Shown: positions 1 to 8,361 of the stretch, in pieces
How positions within the stretch are numbered: position 1 is the stretch's first letter
Layout of the letters: each line of letters begins with the position of its first letter
DNA from: Crocosphaera sp. UHCC 0190
GTDB taxonomy: Bacteria > Cyanobacteriota > Cyanobacteriia > Cyanobacteriales > Microcystaceae
Direction: 5' to 3'
Assembly: GCF_034932065.1 (NCBI RefSeq)
Contig: NZ_JAYGHP010000004.1
Location: 155,585-179,584 of the forward strand
DNA: 24,000 nucleotides
Made by a program: the position numbers and the translations under genes
Notes under the pieces: generated by a model
Databases searched by the model: none
Told to the model about the DNA's origin: nothing
Seen by the model: the letters and a program-made list of their open reading frames with translations, nothing else

Positions 1-1290
1 AATAGAAGAATTTTCCCCATATAAATCATCCCAAGACAACCAAGGATCGTCTATCTTTTCACTATTAAATCCCTCTTGAGAAGCCTTAGCTGATGTTAAT
101 ATTTTATCGGATTGCTTTTGTTTTAATTGACTATTTCTCGAAGTTTTACCAAAAAAGTAATCAATGGCTGCATAAATTAAAACTTGCAAAGAAAATGGAT
201 CGGAATTATCAGCATTTAGGGACGAATTAGCTTTTTTTTCTGGGTTTACTCCCCATTTTTCCAGGATTTGCCAGGGTTTTTCTAATACCTGAATGGACTC
301 TGAACCCTCTATTAATGAAGGGTTGCTGTCTGGAGAAGAAGATAATTTCTGTTGAGAAGTTTTAGCAAAAAAGTAAGCGATCGCCTGTTGAATAATATTT
401 TTAAGTTGTCCTAACTTATCTGAAGATGTTTCTGGAATTGTTTTTTCCCAGTTAGCTAATTGATCATCCAGTTGCGTCAATAAGGGGAAAGTTTCACTTG
501 AGGTGGAGGAAGTGACTTGAGAAGAGGGGACAAGAGATGATTCTCCAAAGAGATCAATGGCGATCGCAACGGGACTGGTTTGCACCCAACGCATAATCTG
601 CCAAAACCAACGAATAGGGGGTAATACTTGCTCTTGACGTTGGGAAAATGTCGGGATTAATCCTAATTTTTCCTGAGTTTGGCTTTGTTTTAAATCGTAC
701 CAATAATTAGCGATTTCTAGGCTAATTTGTCTCTGTAAATAGATTTGTTGGGACTCAGACAAAATATCTAGGGTGCTGTTATCTTCGGTGACTAAGACTA
801 AATGATGATTGTTGATCTCACTGGCCATTCCTTGGATGAGAATAGGTAAGTCAATCGAGTTATTTTCTAAACTGTTGAGAATAGCATCGGGATCTGAGAG
901 AGATTCCTGAATTTTTTGGCGTATTTTTCGGGTTAAATTGCTTAAATATGGAGCATTTTCCTGATTTTGCTCATTTAAGATCTCTGTCTCCTCTAAGCAT
1001 CGTTCCGCCTCTTCTAAAAGCCGTTTGAGGGGACGATCAACCTGTTGGGGTGCCTCTATGGTTTGATGGGGTAAGACAGCTTGTTTAAAGGTGTTTCCTA
1101 GCCGTTTTTTGGTGCTGCGTCCCGCTTGTACCATAAGATAGATGGGGTAAATCAGGATTTGTGTTCCCCATTCCACAGCTATTCTGAGGTGTTGCGCGGA
1201 CTGAAATAGGCGATCGCGCCATCGTAGAGATTGACGGTTCAGAAAGTTAAAGAGTCTGCTTTTATAGGGACTATGATCAGAAGATGACAT
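1..1290 (-). CDS. hypothetical protein, C-terminally truncated by the window edge (430 codons visible)
   Basis: Not in the supplied track because it runs off the window. Hand translation of the reverse strand gives ATG at 1290-1288 (MSSSDHSPYKSRLFNFLNRQSLRWRDRLFQ...). The frame then stays open with no stop down to position 1 (...EKIDDPWLSWDDLYGENSSI). It contains a duplicated motif, AIAYFFAKTSQQK / AIDYFFGKTSRNS. No family recognised. Confidence 0.6.
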   Translation of the reverse strand, partial: MSSSDHSPYKSRLFNFLNRQSLRWRDRLFQSAQHLRIAVEWGTQILIYPIYLMVQAGRSTKKRLGNTFKQAVLPHQTIEAPQQVDRPLKRLLEEAERCLEETEILNEQNQENAPYLSNLTRKIRQKIQESLSDPDAILNSLENNSIDLPILIQGMASEINNHHLVLVTEDNSTLDILSESQQIYLQRQISLEIANYWYDLKQSQTQEKLGLIPTFSQRQEQVLPPIRWFWQIMRWVQTSPVAIAIDLFGESSLVPSSQVTSSTSSETFPLLTQLDDQLANWEKTIPETSSDKLGQLKNIIQQAIAYFFAKTSQQKLSSSPDSNPSLIEGSESIQVLEKPWQILEKWGVNPEKKANSSLNADNSDPFSLQVLIYAAIDYFFGKTSRNSQLKQKQSDKILTSAKASQEGFNSEKIDDPWLSWDDLYGENSSI

Positions 1291-1590
1291 TGCGCTTGCT
1301 TAGGGGCGACTCAATTGCTTTTTATTATGCCTGAAAAGGGCAAAAAATGATAAATTATCTTCTTTGTCCATAACGAGCATTAGATAACTTTAGAGAAATT
1401 TAATTGAATTTATCTTTTTATATAGTAGTATTTTTTTCTTTTAAAATCAAGGATTATTAACATTATTTCAAAAATAAATAGATTTTTATTCTTTAATCTT
1501 TTCTCAATCTTTGACAGACTGTCTTTGGTAATATCTGGATAAATTTTCTAGGATGATAATTATTTGTTGCCAAATCTAGTTGAGGCTAAG

Positions 1591-2526
1591 ATGATGAAAA
1601 ATTATTCTCATGACTTCCTGAAGTTTATTATCTTGCTAATCACCGTTTTATTTTGTGTCGGATTTTCAGCACAAGCTAATTCAACTTTGTCTCAAAAGTC
1701 TCAAGATTCTCAACTATTTTATCAAGGCATTGCTCATCTTAACCAGGAAAATTATCAACAAGCGATCTGGCATTTTACACAAGTCATTAATGAAGATTAT
1801 CCCTTAATAGGGGCGGCTTATACCAATCGCTGTTTAGCCCATTTACAATTAAATAATAATCAGTTAGCTAAACAAGATTGTACTCAAGCTTTAGCCTTAA
1901 ATTCCGAGAATATAGAAGCCTATTTGAATCAGGGAATGGCTAATTATCGCTTAGGTAATTTTTCAGACTCTTTAGCTGCTTATCAAGAAGTGATTAAACG
2001 AGATAAAACTGATTATCGTGCTTATTATAATCAAGGCTTAGTTTATTTTCAATTAAAGGACTATGATCGTGCTTTAGAGGGTTATGAGAAGGCTTTACAA
2101 TCTCACCAATTAAAAGAAGTATCTTCTAAAGCAATGATTTATTATGATCGGGGGTTAGTCCATTTACAATTAGGGGATTTTTCCTCTGCGATCGCTGATT
2201 TAACTCATGCCATTATTTTAGATAAATACAATGATAGAGCTTATTACAATCGAGCTTATGCCTATCAAAAAAGTAAAAATTATCGATTAGCATTTAGAGA
2301 TTTTAATGAAGTCATCAAATTAAACCCTCAGTCAACATCAGCTTATGTTAACCGAGGAATTGTAGAGCAGAATTTAGGATTTCAAACATCGGCTTTTCAG
2401 GATTTTCGGATAGCCATTGAACAATATAAACAACAGGAGAAAATTATGGCTTATGAGGAAACCCTGAGTTTAATTCAGCAGCTAAAACGGATTATTGCTC
2501 AATCTCATGAAACCCTAATTGCTTAA
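1591..2526 (+). CDS. TPR-repeat protein with N-terminal signal peptide or membrane anchor
   Basis: Track ORF 1564-2526. The ATG at 1591 is preferred because GAGG (1582-1585) lies 5 nt upstream. The N-terminus MMKNYSHDFLKFIILLITVLFCVGFSAQA looks like a signal peptide. Repeated 34-residue TPR signatures follow (AYYNQGLVYFQLKDYDRALEGYEKAL, AYYNRAYAYQKSKNYRLAFRDFNEVIKLNP, AYVNRGIVEQNLG...). Confidence 0.8.
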   Translation: MMKNYSHDFLKFIILLITVLFCVGFSAQANSTLSQKSQDSQLFYQGIAHLNQENYQQAIWHFTQVINEDYPLIGAAYTNRCLAHLQLNNNQLAKQDCTQALALNSENIEAYLNQGMANYRLGNFSDSLAAYQEVIKRDKTDYRAYYNQGLVYFQLKDYDRALEGYEKALQSHQLKEVSSKAMIYYDRGLVHLQLGDFSSAIADLTHAIILDKYNDRAYYNRAYAYQKSKNYRLAFRDFNEVIKLNPQSTSAYVNRGIVEQNLGFQTSAFQDFRIAIEQYKQQEKIMAYEETLSLIQQLKRIIAQSHETLIA

Positions 2527-2535
2527 ATTAAGTCA

Positions 2536-2550
2536 GTGGGGATTGCCCAC
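2536..2550. terminator. short GC-rich hairpin at a convergent gene junction
   Basis: GTGGG-gattg-CCCAC, followed by CCTAC. It lies between the stop of the TPR gene (2526, +) and the stop of the 159-aa ORF (2571, -). The 3' end (CCCACCCTAC) resembles the ACCCCTAC end of the 28-bp palindromes at 4452 and 12887. Confidence 0.3.
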
Positions 2551-2570
2551 CCTACAGATATTATTTAACA

Positions 2571-3050
2571 TTATAAATTATAGGTTTCTAGCCACTTTTT
2601 AGCTTGTTCTCTAATTATGTTAGAAATATTTTCTTTTGTTGCATTTGGCCAATAAAACTGGACATCATCATATCTGAAATCATCTAAAGCATTCCAAAGC
2701 AAATAAAAATCAAAAATTTCTTCTAAATAGTCCCAATTTAAACATAATTGATGAATTTCTCCAATCCCTTGAGCCTGAGAAATCTTGCCGTTGATAAAGT
2801 CTTTTAAAAGGACGGCAGTGTAAGCAAGAACTGCTGCTTTCCCTTCAAGTTTATAAACATTAAATTCTTGTAGAGTTTTATCGACATAATAAGTAATTTC
2901 TTGACGATTATTGACATGGGTTAATCCTGCTAAAATACGAAGACTAGGACTATCATAATCCATCATTAATAAAGAAACTGCCCAATCAATAATGTCTTCT
3001 AGAGGGACGCATAATGCACTAAATACTTGGGCTTTTGTAAAATCAGACAT
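2571..3050 (-). CDS. hypothetical protein (159 aa), no recognisable domain
   Basis: Clean ORF from the track with an ATG start. It is acidic and Trp/Tyr/Leu-rich and looks helical (…DYLEEIFDFYLLWNALDDFRYDDVQFYWPNATKEN…). No TM segment or signal peptide. It is divergent from the Uma2 gene. Confidence 0.5.
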   Translation of the reverse strand: MSDFTKAQVFSALCVPLEDIIDWAVSLLMMDYDSPSLRILAGLTHVNNRQEITYYVDKTLQEFNVYKLEGKAAVLAYTAVLLKDFINGKISQAQGIGEIHQLCLNWDYLEEIFDFYLLWNALDDFRYDDVQFYWPNATKENISNIIREQAKKWLETYNL

Positions 3051-3199
3051 TTTTTTACAATAAATTTATCCATCTCTATTCTCATCATAAAAGATTAACT
3101 GAGTTTAACTTAAATTATTTAAGAAACGTAAAAATCTTGAATAGTTAAGCAAATTAATGTCATAATAGTTATATATAGTTAAATAATCTATCAATTAAA

Positions 3200-3772
3200 A
3201 TGTCCCTACAAACCACAGAAAAACTATACAGTTTTGAAGACTATTGTACCTATGATGACGGCACAGACAACCGCTATGAATTAGTTGATGGAAAATTAGA
3301 GCTAATGAACCCACCTACCTTTCGACATTTACTGATTGCTGACTTTATTCAAGATATGTTTAAAGCAGAAATTAAGCGTCTTGAATTGCCTTGGTTATGT
3401 TTTAAAGAAGCAGGAATTAGAACAGGATGGCGTAAATCTCGATTACCAGATATTTATGTAATTCCTATCGAACAAATTAGGGAATATCTCGATCAATCTG
3501 CCATTGCTCAAACTTCACCTTTATTAGTAGTAGAAATTGTAAGTCCTGATTCAATTAAACGGGATTATCGTTATAAACGCTCAGAATATGCTGCCCTAGA
3601 AATACCTGAATATTGGATTATTGATCCCTTAGAAAATAAAATATCTATTCTTTACTTGGATGAGGGACTCTACGAAGAAACTAACTTAACCAATGACCAA
3701 AAAATTCAATCAAAAATTTTTACTGAATTATCTCTAACAGTTCAAAAAGTCTTAGAAGCTGGAAACTATTAA
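3200..3772 (+). CDS. Uma2-family (DUF820) restriction-endonuclease-fold protein
   Basis: Typical Uma2 hallmarks: YELVDGKLELMNPPTFRH near the N-terminus, PDIYVIP, LVVEIVSPDS…DYRYKRSEYAALEIPEYWIIDP (PD-(D/E)xK-like core). Length of 190 aa is typical of this highly paralogous cyanobacterial family. Confidence 0.85.
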   Translation: MSLQTTEKLYSFEDYCTYDDGTDNRYELVDGKLELMNPPTFRHLLIADFIQDMFKAEIKRLELPWLCFKEAGIRTGWRKSRLPDIYVIPIEQIREYLDQSAIAQTSPLLVVEIVSPDSIKRDYRYKRSEYAALEIPEYWIIDPLENKISILYLDEGLYEETNLTNDQKIQSKIFTELSLTVQKVLEAGNY

Positions 3773-3796
3773 TTATCAAATCATTGAGAAAATATT

Positions 3797-4423
3797 ATGA
3801 TTAAAGTTGCTGATATTATGACCCAAGATGTTGTTAAAATTCGCAGTTCAGCAACCATCTTACAGGCTGTTAAATTAATGCGAGAAAAGGTAATCCGTAC
3901 CTTAATTGTAGATCGTCGTTATCCTGAAGATGCCTATGGAATTATTACTGAAACTGATATTATCAATGAAGTTATAGCTTATGGAAAAGATCCACAAAAA
4001 ATCAGAGTTTATGAAATTATGACTAAACCCTGTATTGTCGTTAATCCTAACTTAGACATTAATTATGTAGCCAGACTCTTTAAAAATACAGGAATTCGTT
4101 GCGCTCCCGTCATAAAAGATGAACTTATAGGCATTATTTCTGTCACCGATATTTTAAGTAAAAGTGATTTTTTAGATAACCCTAGAGAAAAAATATTAAT
4201 CCAAGAAATTGAACAAAAAACAAGAGAAGCACGTCATATTTGTCAAGAATTTTCTCATGATTCTCAAAGATGTCAAGAAGCCTGGCTTTTAGTAGAAGAA
4301 TTGCAAGCAGAAGCGGCATTTAAAGAGGGTAAAAAGCCTAACAAAACTGCCTTACAAGAATATTTAGAAGAATATCCTGAAGCCACAGAAGCATTATCCT
4401 TAGATAATTGGTGTAGTGGCTAA
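3797..4423 (+). CDS. CBS-domain pair fused to a C-terminal CP12 domain (CBS-CP12 fusion protein)
   Basis: Residues ~1-125 show two CBS motifs (MTQDVVKI…GIITETDII; MTKPCIVVNP…GIISVTDIL). Residues ~149-208 match CP12: a Cys pair (CQEFSHDSQRC) followed by the CP12 core AWLLVEELQAEAAFK, then LQEYLEEYPEATEALSLD, which aligns with the canonical YCxDNPxxxEC tail. Confidence 0.85.
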   Translation: MIKVADIMTQDVVKIRSSATILQAVKLMREKVIRTLIVDRRYPEDAYGIITETDIINEVIAYGKDPQKIRVYEIMTKPCIVVNPNLDINYVARLFKNTGIRCAPVIKDELIGIISVTDILSKSDFLDNPREKILIQEIEQKTREARHICQEFSHDSQRCQEAWLLVEELQAEAAFKEGKKPNKTALQEYLEEYPEATEALSLDNWCSG

Positions 4424-4451
4424 AAAGTCCTAGGGGCAAACTAGAAAAATG

Positions 4452-4479
4452 GTAGGGGTGAATGGCCGTTGACCCCTAC
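4452..4479. repeat. 28-bp GC-rich palindromic element (copy 1, imperfect); likely bidirectional terminator
   Basis: GTAGGGGTGAATGGCCGTTGACCCCTAC. It lies between the convergent stops of CBS-CP12 (4423) and pstB (4504). It differs at 2 positions from the perfect palindrome at 12887-12914. Confidence 0.6.
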
Positions 4480-4503
4480 TATAAGGTAATTAGTAACCTA
4501 AAA

Positions 4504-5301
4504 TTAACCTATTCTACCGCTAATATAATCTTTCGTTCTATCTTGAGAAGGACTATCAAAAATCTCCTCAGTTAGTCCAGATTCTACCATTTCTCCTAAA
4601 TACATAAACGCAATATAATCAGAAATTCTCGCCGCTTGCTGCATACTGTGAGTGACAATAATCATAGTCACTTTTTGTTGCAGTCCACTCATTAATTGTT
4701 CAATACTATTAGTGGCAATAGGATCAAGTGCTGATGTCGGTTCATCAAAAAGAACAATTTCCGGTTCTGTTACTAATGCTCTGGCAATACACAACCTTTG
4801 TTGTTGTCCCCCAGATAACTCATAAGCAGAGGTATTTAGGCGATCTTTTACCTCATCCCATAAAGCAGCATCTTGTAATGCTTTTTCTACCTTTTCATCA
4901 AGAATACTGCGATTTCTTTCACCCCTTACCCGCAGTCCATAGACAACATTTTCATAAATTGACTTAGGAAAAGGATTAGGTTTTTGAAAGACCATACTGA
5001 CTCGCATTCTCACTTCAATCGGGTCAACAGTAGGGCTTAAAATATTTAAAGAATCAACTCTAATTTCCCCATCATAACGATTTCCTGGATAGAGATCATG
5101 TAAGCGATTAAAACATCGGAGTAAGGTTGTTTTTCCGCAACCAGATGGGCCAATTAAAGCAGTAATTTTTTGCTCAGGTATAGTTAAATTAACATTTTTA
5201 ATGGCATGGAAATCACCATAATAAAAATTAAAATTTTTGACTTCTGCTTTAGAATTAACGCTCTCTAAATTAGCTGAATTATTAGAAAAATGCTCTACCA
5301 T
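4504..5301 (-). CDS. pstB: phosphate ABC transporter ATP-binding protein PstB
   Basis: Walker [10 protein letters not shown], signature [15 protein letters not shown], Walker [13 protein letters not shown], and the PstB-typical N-terminal FYYG and C-terminal [10 protein letters not shown]. It is the last gene of the pstSCAB order. Its ATG overlaps the pstA stop (ATGGTAG). Confidence 0.95.
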   Translation of the reverse strand: MVEHFSNNSANLESVNSKAEVKNFNFYYGDFHAIKNVNLTIPEQKITALIGPSGCGKTTLLRCFNRLHDLYPGNRYDGEIRVDSLNILSPTVDPIEVRMRVSMVFQKPNPFPKSIYENVVYGLRVRGERNRSILDEKVEKALQDAALWDEVKDRLNTSAYELSGGQQQRLCIARALVTEPEIVLFDEPTSALDPIATNSIEQLMSGLQQKVTMIIVTHSMQQAARISDYIAFMYLGEMVESGLTEEIFDSPSQDRTKDYISGRIG

Positions 5302-6257
5302 TTGATTCCTTGACGTAGACGATAACGTAAATAAATTGCTAACCCATTAATGCCAAGAGTCATCATTAATAAAACTGTTCCCGCAGCAGCAGCATTGATT
5401 TGAAACTCTTGTTCAGGACGAGATACCCAAGCAAACATTTGAATGGGTAATACAGTAAATGGAGCATTTAACCAAGCAAAAAACTGTTGAAAGTTAAAGA
5501 AAGGAAAGGTATTTTGCAGAGGAATAAAAGGGAAAATGCTATCAAAAGGTGACTCCGGTAAAAAGGCAATAAATGTTAATGCACCAATGGTAATAACCGG
5601 AGCAGTTTCGCCAATTGCGCGGGCTAATCCGATGATAATTCCTGTTAAAATACTTCCTAGAGAATAGGGTAAAATATGATCCCAGACTGTTTGCCATTTC
5701 GTTGCTCCTACGGCAAAAGCTGCCTCTCTTAAGCTAGTAGGAATTGCCCGAATTGCCTCACGGGTAGTAACAATAACAACAGGTAAAATTAGCAAAGCTA
5801 AGGTTAATCCTGCGGTTAAAATACTCTGACCCAATTCCAAACGATAAACAAATAATCCTAATGCTAATAAACCGTAAATAATGGAAGGAATACCAGCTAA
5901 GTTAGTGACATTAATTTCAATGATGGCAGCTAACCAATTTTTGCGGGCATATTCTTCTAAATAAATACCAGATGCTAACCCGATAGGAATTGCAGCTACC
6001 GCAGTTACGAACATTACTAAACTACTTCCTACCCAAGCAGAAAGAATGCCCGCATTTTCCGCTTTACGGCTCGGAAAAGAGGTAAAAAATTGAGGGGTTA
6101 AACGGGGAATTCCTTCAATGACAATTTGTAAAATTAACCCCAATAAAATGAAGGTTGCCACAAAAATTATCAATAACCCAAAAATAGCAAATAAACTATC
6201 AATGAGTTGACGACGGGAGATTTCAGAACGAATTTGAGTTAACTTTGCTTGAGACAT
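5295..6257 (-). CDS. pstA: phosphate ABC transporter permease PstA
   Basis: Polytopic membrane protein with the ABC permease EAA-like loop ([21 protein letters not shown]). It sits between pstC and pstB. Confidence 0.9.
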   Translation of the reverse strand: MSQAKLTQIRSEISRRQLIDSLFAIFGLLIIFVATFILLGLILQIVIEGIPRLTPQFFTSFPSRKAENAGILSAWVGSSLVMFVTAVAAIPIGLASGIYLEEYARKNWLAAIIEINVTNLAGIPSIIYGLLALGLFVYRLELGQSILTAGLTLALLILPVVIVTTREAIRAIPTSLREAAFAVGATKWQTVWDHILPYSLGSILTGIIIGLARAIGETAPVITIGALTFIAFLPESPFDSIFPFIPLQNTFPFFNFQQFFAWLNAPFTVLPIQMFAWVSRPEQEFQINAAAAGTVLLMMTLGINGLAIYLRYRLRQGIKW

Positions 6258-6261
6258 ACAA

Positions 6262-7191
6262 TTAATAAATTTCTCGATAATGTTTAGCCAAAAAATAACC
6301 GATTATATTTAACAGTAACGTCATCAAGACTAAGGTTAATCCAGCAGCAAAAATTGTTTGATATTCTAGGGTTCCATAGGGTAAATCCCCTAAACTTACT
6401 TGTACAATATAAGCAGTAATTGTTGCACCTTGTTCGAGAGGATTTAGGGTAAATTGAGGTAATAAACCTGCAGCAATCGCCACAATCATTGTTTCACCAA
6501 CTGCACGGGAAGCACCTAAAATATAAGCGGCTCCAATACCAGAAATAGCGGCGGGAAAAACCACTTTTAAGGATGTTTGAAGACGGGTTGCACCCATTGC
6601 ATAAGAACCTTCTCGTAAAAAAGTTGGAACTGCTCGCATGGCATCTTCACTAATTGAACTTATTAGGGGAAGAATCATTAATCCCATCACTAATCCACCA
6701 CTTAACATATTAAATGTAGGCAAATCTGCTAATAGTTTTTGTAGCAAAGGAGTGACAACTAATAAGGCAAAATAGCCGTAAACCACGGTGGGAATAGATG
6801 CTAATAATTCTAAACTTGGCTTAACCCATTCTCTTAATTTAGGTGAGGCAAATTCACTCAAATAAATCGCCACAATAGTCCCGCAAGGAATTGCCAGTAA
6901 AAGGGCGACTGTTGAGGTGACTAAGGTGCCTGATAGTAATGGCAAAATGCCATAATGTTTGTCACTAAATAGAGGAGTCCATTCCGTATCGGTGAGAAAC
7001 TGAATGATGGGAACTTGTTGGAAAAAATGCCAAGATTCTGTTACTAAGATATCCAGAATGCCAAAGGTAGTAGCAACAGAAGAAAAAGCTGCGATAAAAA
7101 GGGCAAACTCTATAACTTTCTCCCACAAATTGCGGATAAAACGAGAAGAAATCTGCCCTTGATGAATTTCCTTAGACAAAGGTTGTGTCAT
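6262..7191 (-). CDS. pstC: phosphate ABC transporter permease PstC
   Basis: Polytopic membrane protein with the EAA-like loop (REGSYAMGATRLQTSLKVVFPAA). It lies immediately downstream of pstS. Confidence 0.9.
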   Translation of the reverse strand: MTQPLSKEIHQGQISSRFIRNLWEKVIEFALFIAAFSSVATTFGILDILVTESWHFFQQVPIIQFLTDTEWTPLFSDKHYGILPLLSGTLVTSTVALLLAIPCGTIVAIYLSEFASPKLREWVKPSLELLASIPTVVYGYFALLVVTPLLQKLLADLPTFNMLSGGLVMGLMILPLISSISEDAMRAVPTFLREGSYAMGATRLQTSLKVVFPAAISGIGAAYILGASRAVGETMIVAIAAGLLPQFTLNPLEQGATITAYIVQVSLGDLPYGTLEYQTIFAAGLTLVLMTLLLNIIGYFLAKHYREIY

Positions 7192-7194
7192 AAT

Positions 7195-8133
7195 TTAGCG
7201 AATAGCTTGAGTAAACTTCTGCTTATGAGCTTGATAGTCGGTGCGAGGAATAGAACGCACTTCTTTGACTAATTTAGGCGCATTGTCTAAATAGTATTGT
7301 ACGAATTCTTTAACAGCAGGTTTGCTTTTTGCAGCTTCAAGATTAACGTAAATAAAAATAGGACGACCTAAAGGTTTATAAGTCCCATCACTGACTGTTT
7401 TAGATGAAGGAGCAACCCCATCAATCTTTAACGCTTTGAGTTTATTTTCGTTTTCTTCGTAGTAAGTAAACCCAAAATACGCCAAGGCTTTGTTATCATT
7501 AGCAACCCCTTGAACTAACACATTATCATCTTCACTAGGAGTATAATCAGTGCGACTGTCTCCCGATTTACCCATAATTTCTTCGGTGAAATAATCAAAG
7601 GTTCCTGAGTCAGCACCAGGGCCATAAAGCTTTAAAGGCGCATCAGGCCAACTGGAATTTACCTGCTTCCATTTCATGATTTTTTTTGTAGCTGCGGGTT
7701 CCCACATCTTTTTAAGTTCCGCCGTTGTAATATTAGTTAAAGGGTTATCTTTTTTGACTACAACGGTAATTGCGTCATAAGCAACAGGAATTTCTAAATA
7801 CTTAACTCCTGCTGCTTTACACATTTCCTTCTCTTTATCTTTGATGGGTCGAGAAGCATTAGAAATGTCGGTCTTAACAGCATTATTATCAGAACAGAAT
7901 TTCTTAAACCCGCCCCCTGTTCCAGAGATACCTACTGTTACTTGAACAGCACCCCGTTTTTTGTTTTGAAACTCCTCAGCGACAGCTTCAGTAATGGGAT
8001 AAACCGTACTCGAACCATCAATTTTAATGACTGCACGACCTTGAGAATTAACCGGAATATTGGTCAAACTAACTAAGGCTAAACCTAGGGCAAATGCACT
8101 AGCGAAAAGCCAACGATTGATTCTAAAGTTCAT
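7195..8133 (-). CDS. pstS: phosphate-binding periplasmic protein, PstS family
   Basis: Signal peptide [25 protein letters not shown]-like-2 motifs are present ([42 protein letters not shown]). It is the first gene of the pst operon. Confidence 0.9.
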   Translation of the reverse strand: MNFRINRWLFASAFALGLALVSLTNIPVNSQGRAVIKIDGSSTVYPITEAVAEEFQNKKRGAVQVTVGISGTGGGFKKFCSDNNAVKTDISNASRPIKDKEKEMCKAAGVKYLEIPVAYDAITVVVKKDNPLTNITTAELKKMWEPAATKKIMKWKQVNSSWPDAPLKLYGPGADSGTFDYFTEEIMGKSGDSRTDYTPSEDDNVLVQGVANDNKALAYFGFTYYEENENKLKALKIDGVAPSSKTVSDGTYKPLGRPIFIYVNLEAAKSKPAVKEFVQYYLDNAPKLVKEVRSIPRTDYQAHKQKFTQAIR

Positions 8134-8264
8134 TGCTTGACTATCCTATGCTTTGAGATTGAACTTATTGGCTAGATGTAAGCCGGATCTATTATTTCAA
8201 ATAAACTGTCTAATAGGGTTAATAATAAGTAAATAAACGATTAAACTTTAGCAAATAAATATTC

Positions 8265-8294
8265 ATTAATTGTTTCTTAATACGTTGTTAATTT
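8265..8294. promoter_or_regulatory. candidate Pho boxes (SphR/PhoB-type): three TTAA-core octamers phased at 11 bp
   Basis: TTAA cores at 8266, 8277 and 8288, exactly 11 bp apart. The octamers are ATTAATTG, CTTAATAC and GTTAATTT, each separated by 3 bp. They match 6-7 of 8 positions of the cyanobacterial Pho-box octamer PyTTAAPyPy(T/A). Two further TTAA cores lie 22 bp apart at 8219 and 8241. The site is ~130-160 bp upstream of the pstS ATG. Confidence 0.4.
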
Positions 8295-8361
8295 TTACCT
8301 GAAAAATTTTCTCCGTTGAGGGCAACAAACGGGTAAATTTATGACTATCATCTAAAAGGGA

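Noticed and set aside
1513-1523. 11-bp palindrome GACAGaCTGTC overlapping a TTGACA hexamer upstream of the TPR gene, considered as a possible operator.
   Set aside because: Short palindromes of this size are expected by chance in 24 kb. No properly spaced -10 element accompanies the TTGACA.
4728-4967. 79-aa plus-strand ORF inside pstB.
   Set aside because: It is entirely antisense to a confidently identified pstB, and its sequence is low-complexity with no motifs. It is a shadow ORF.
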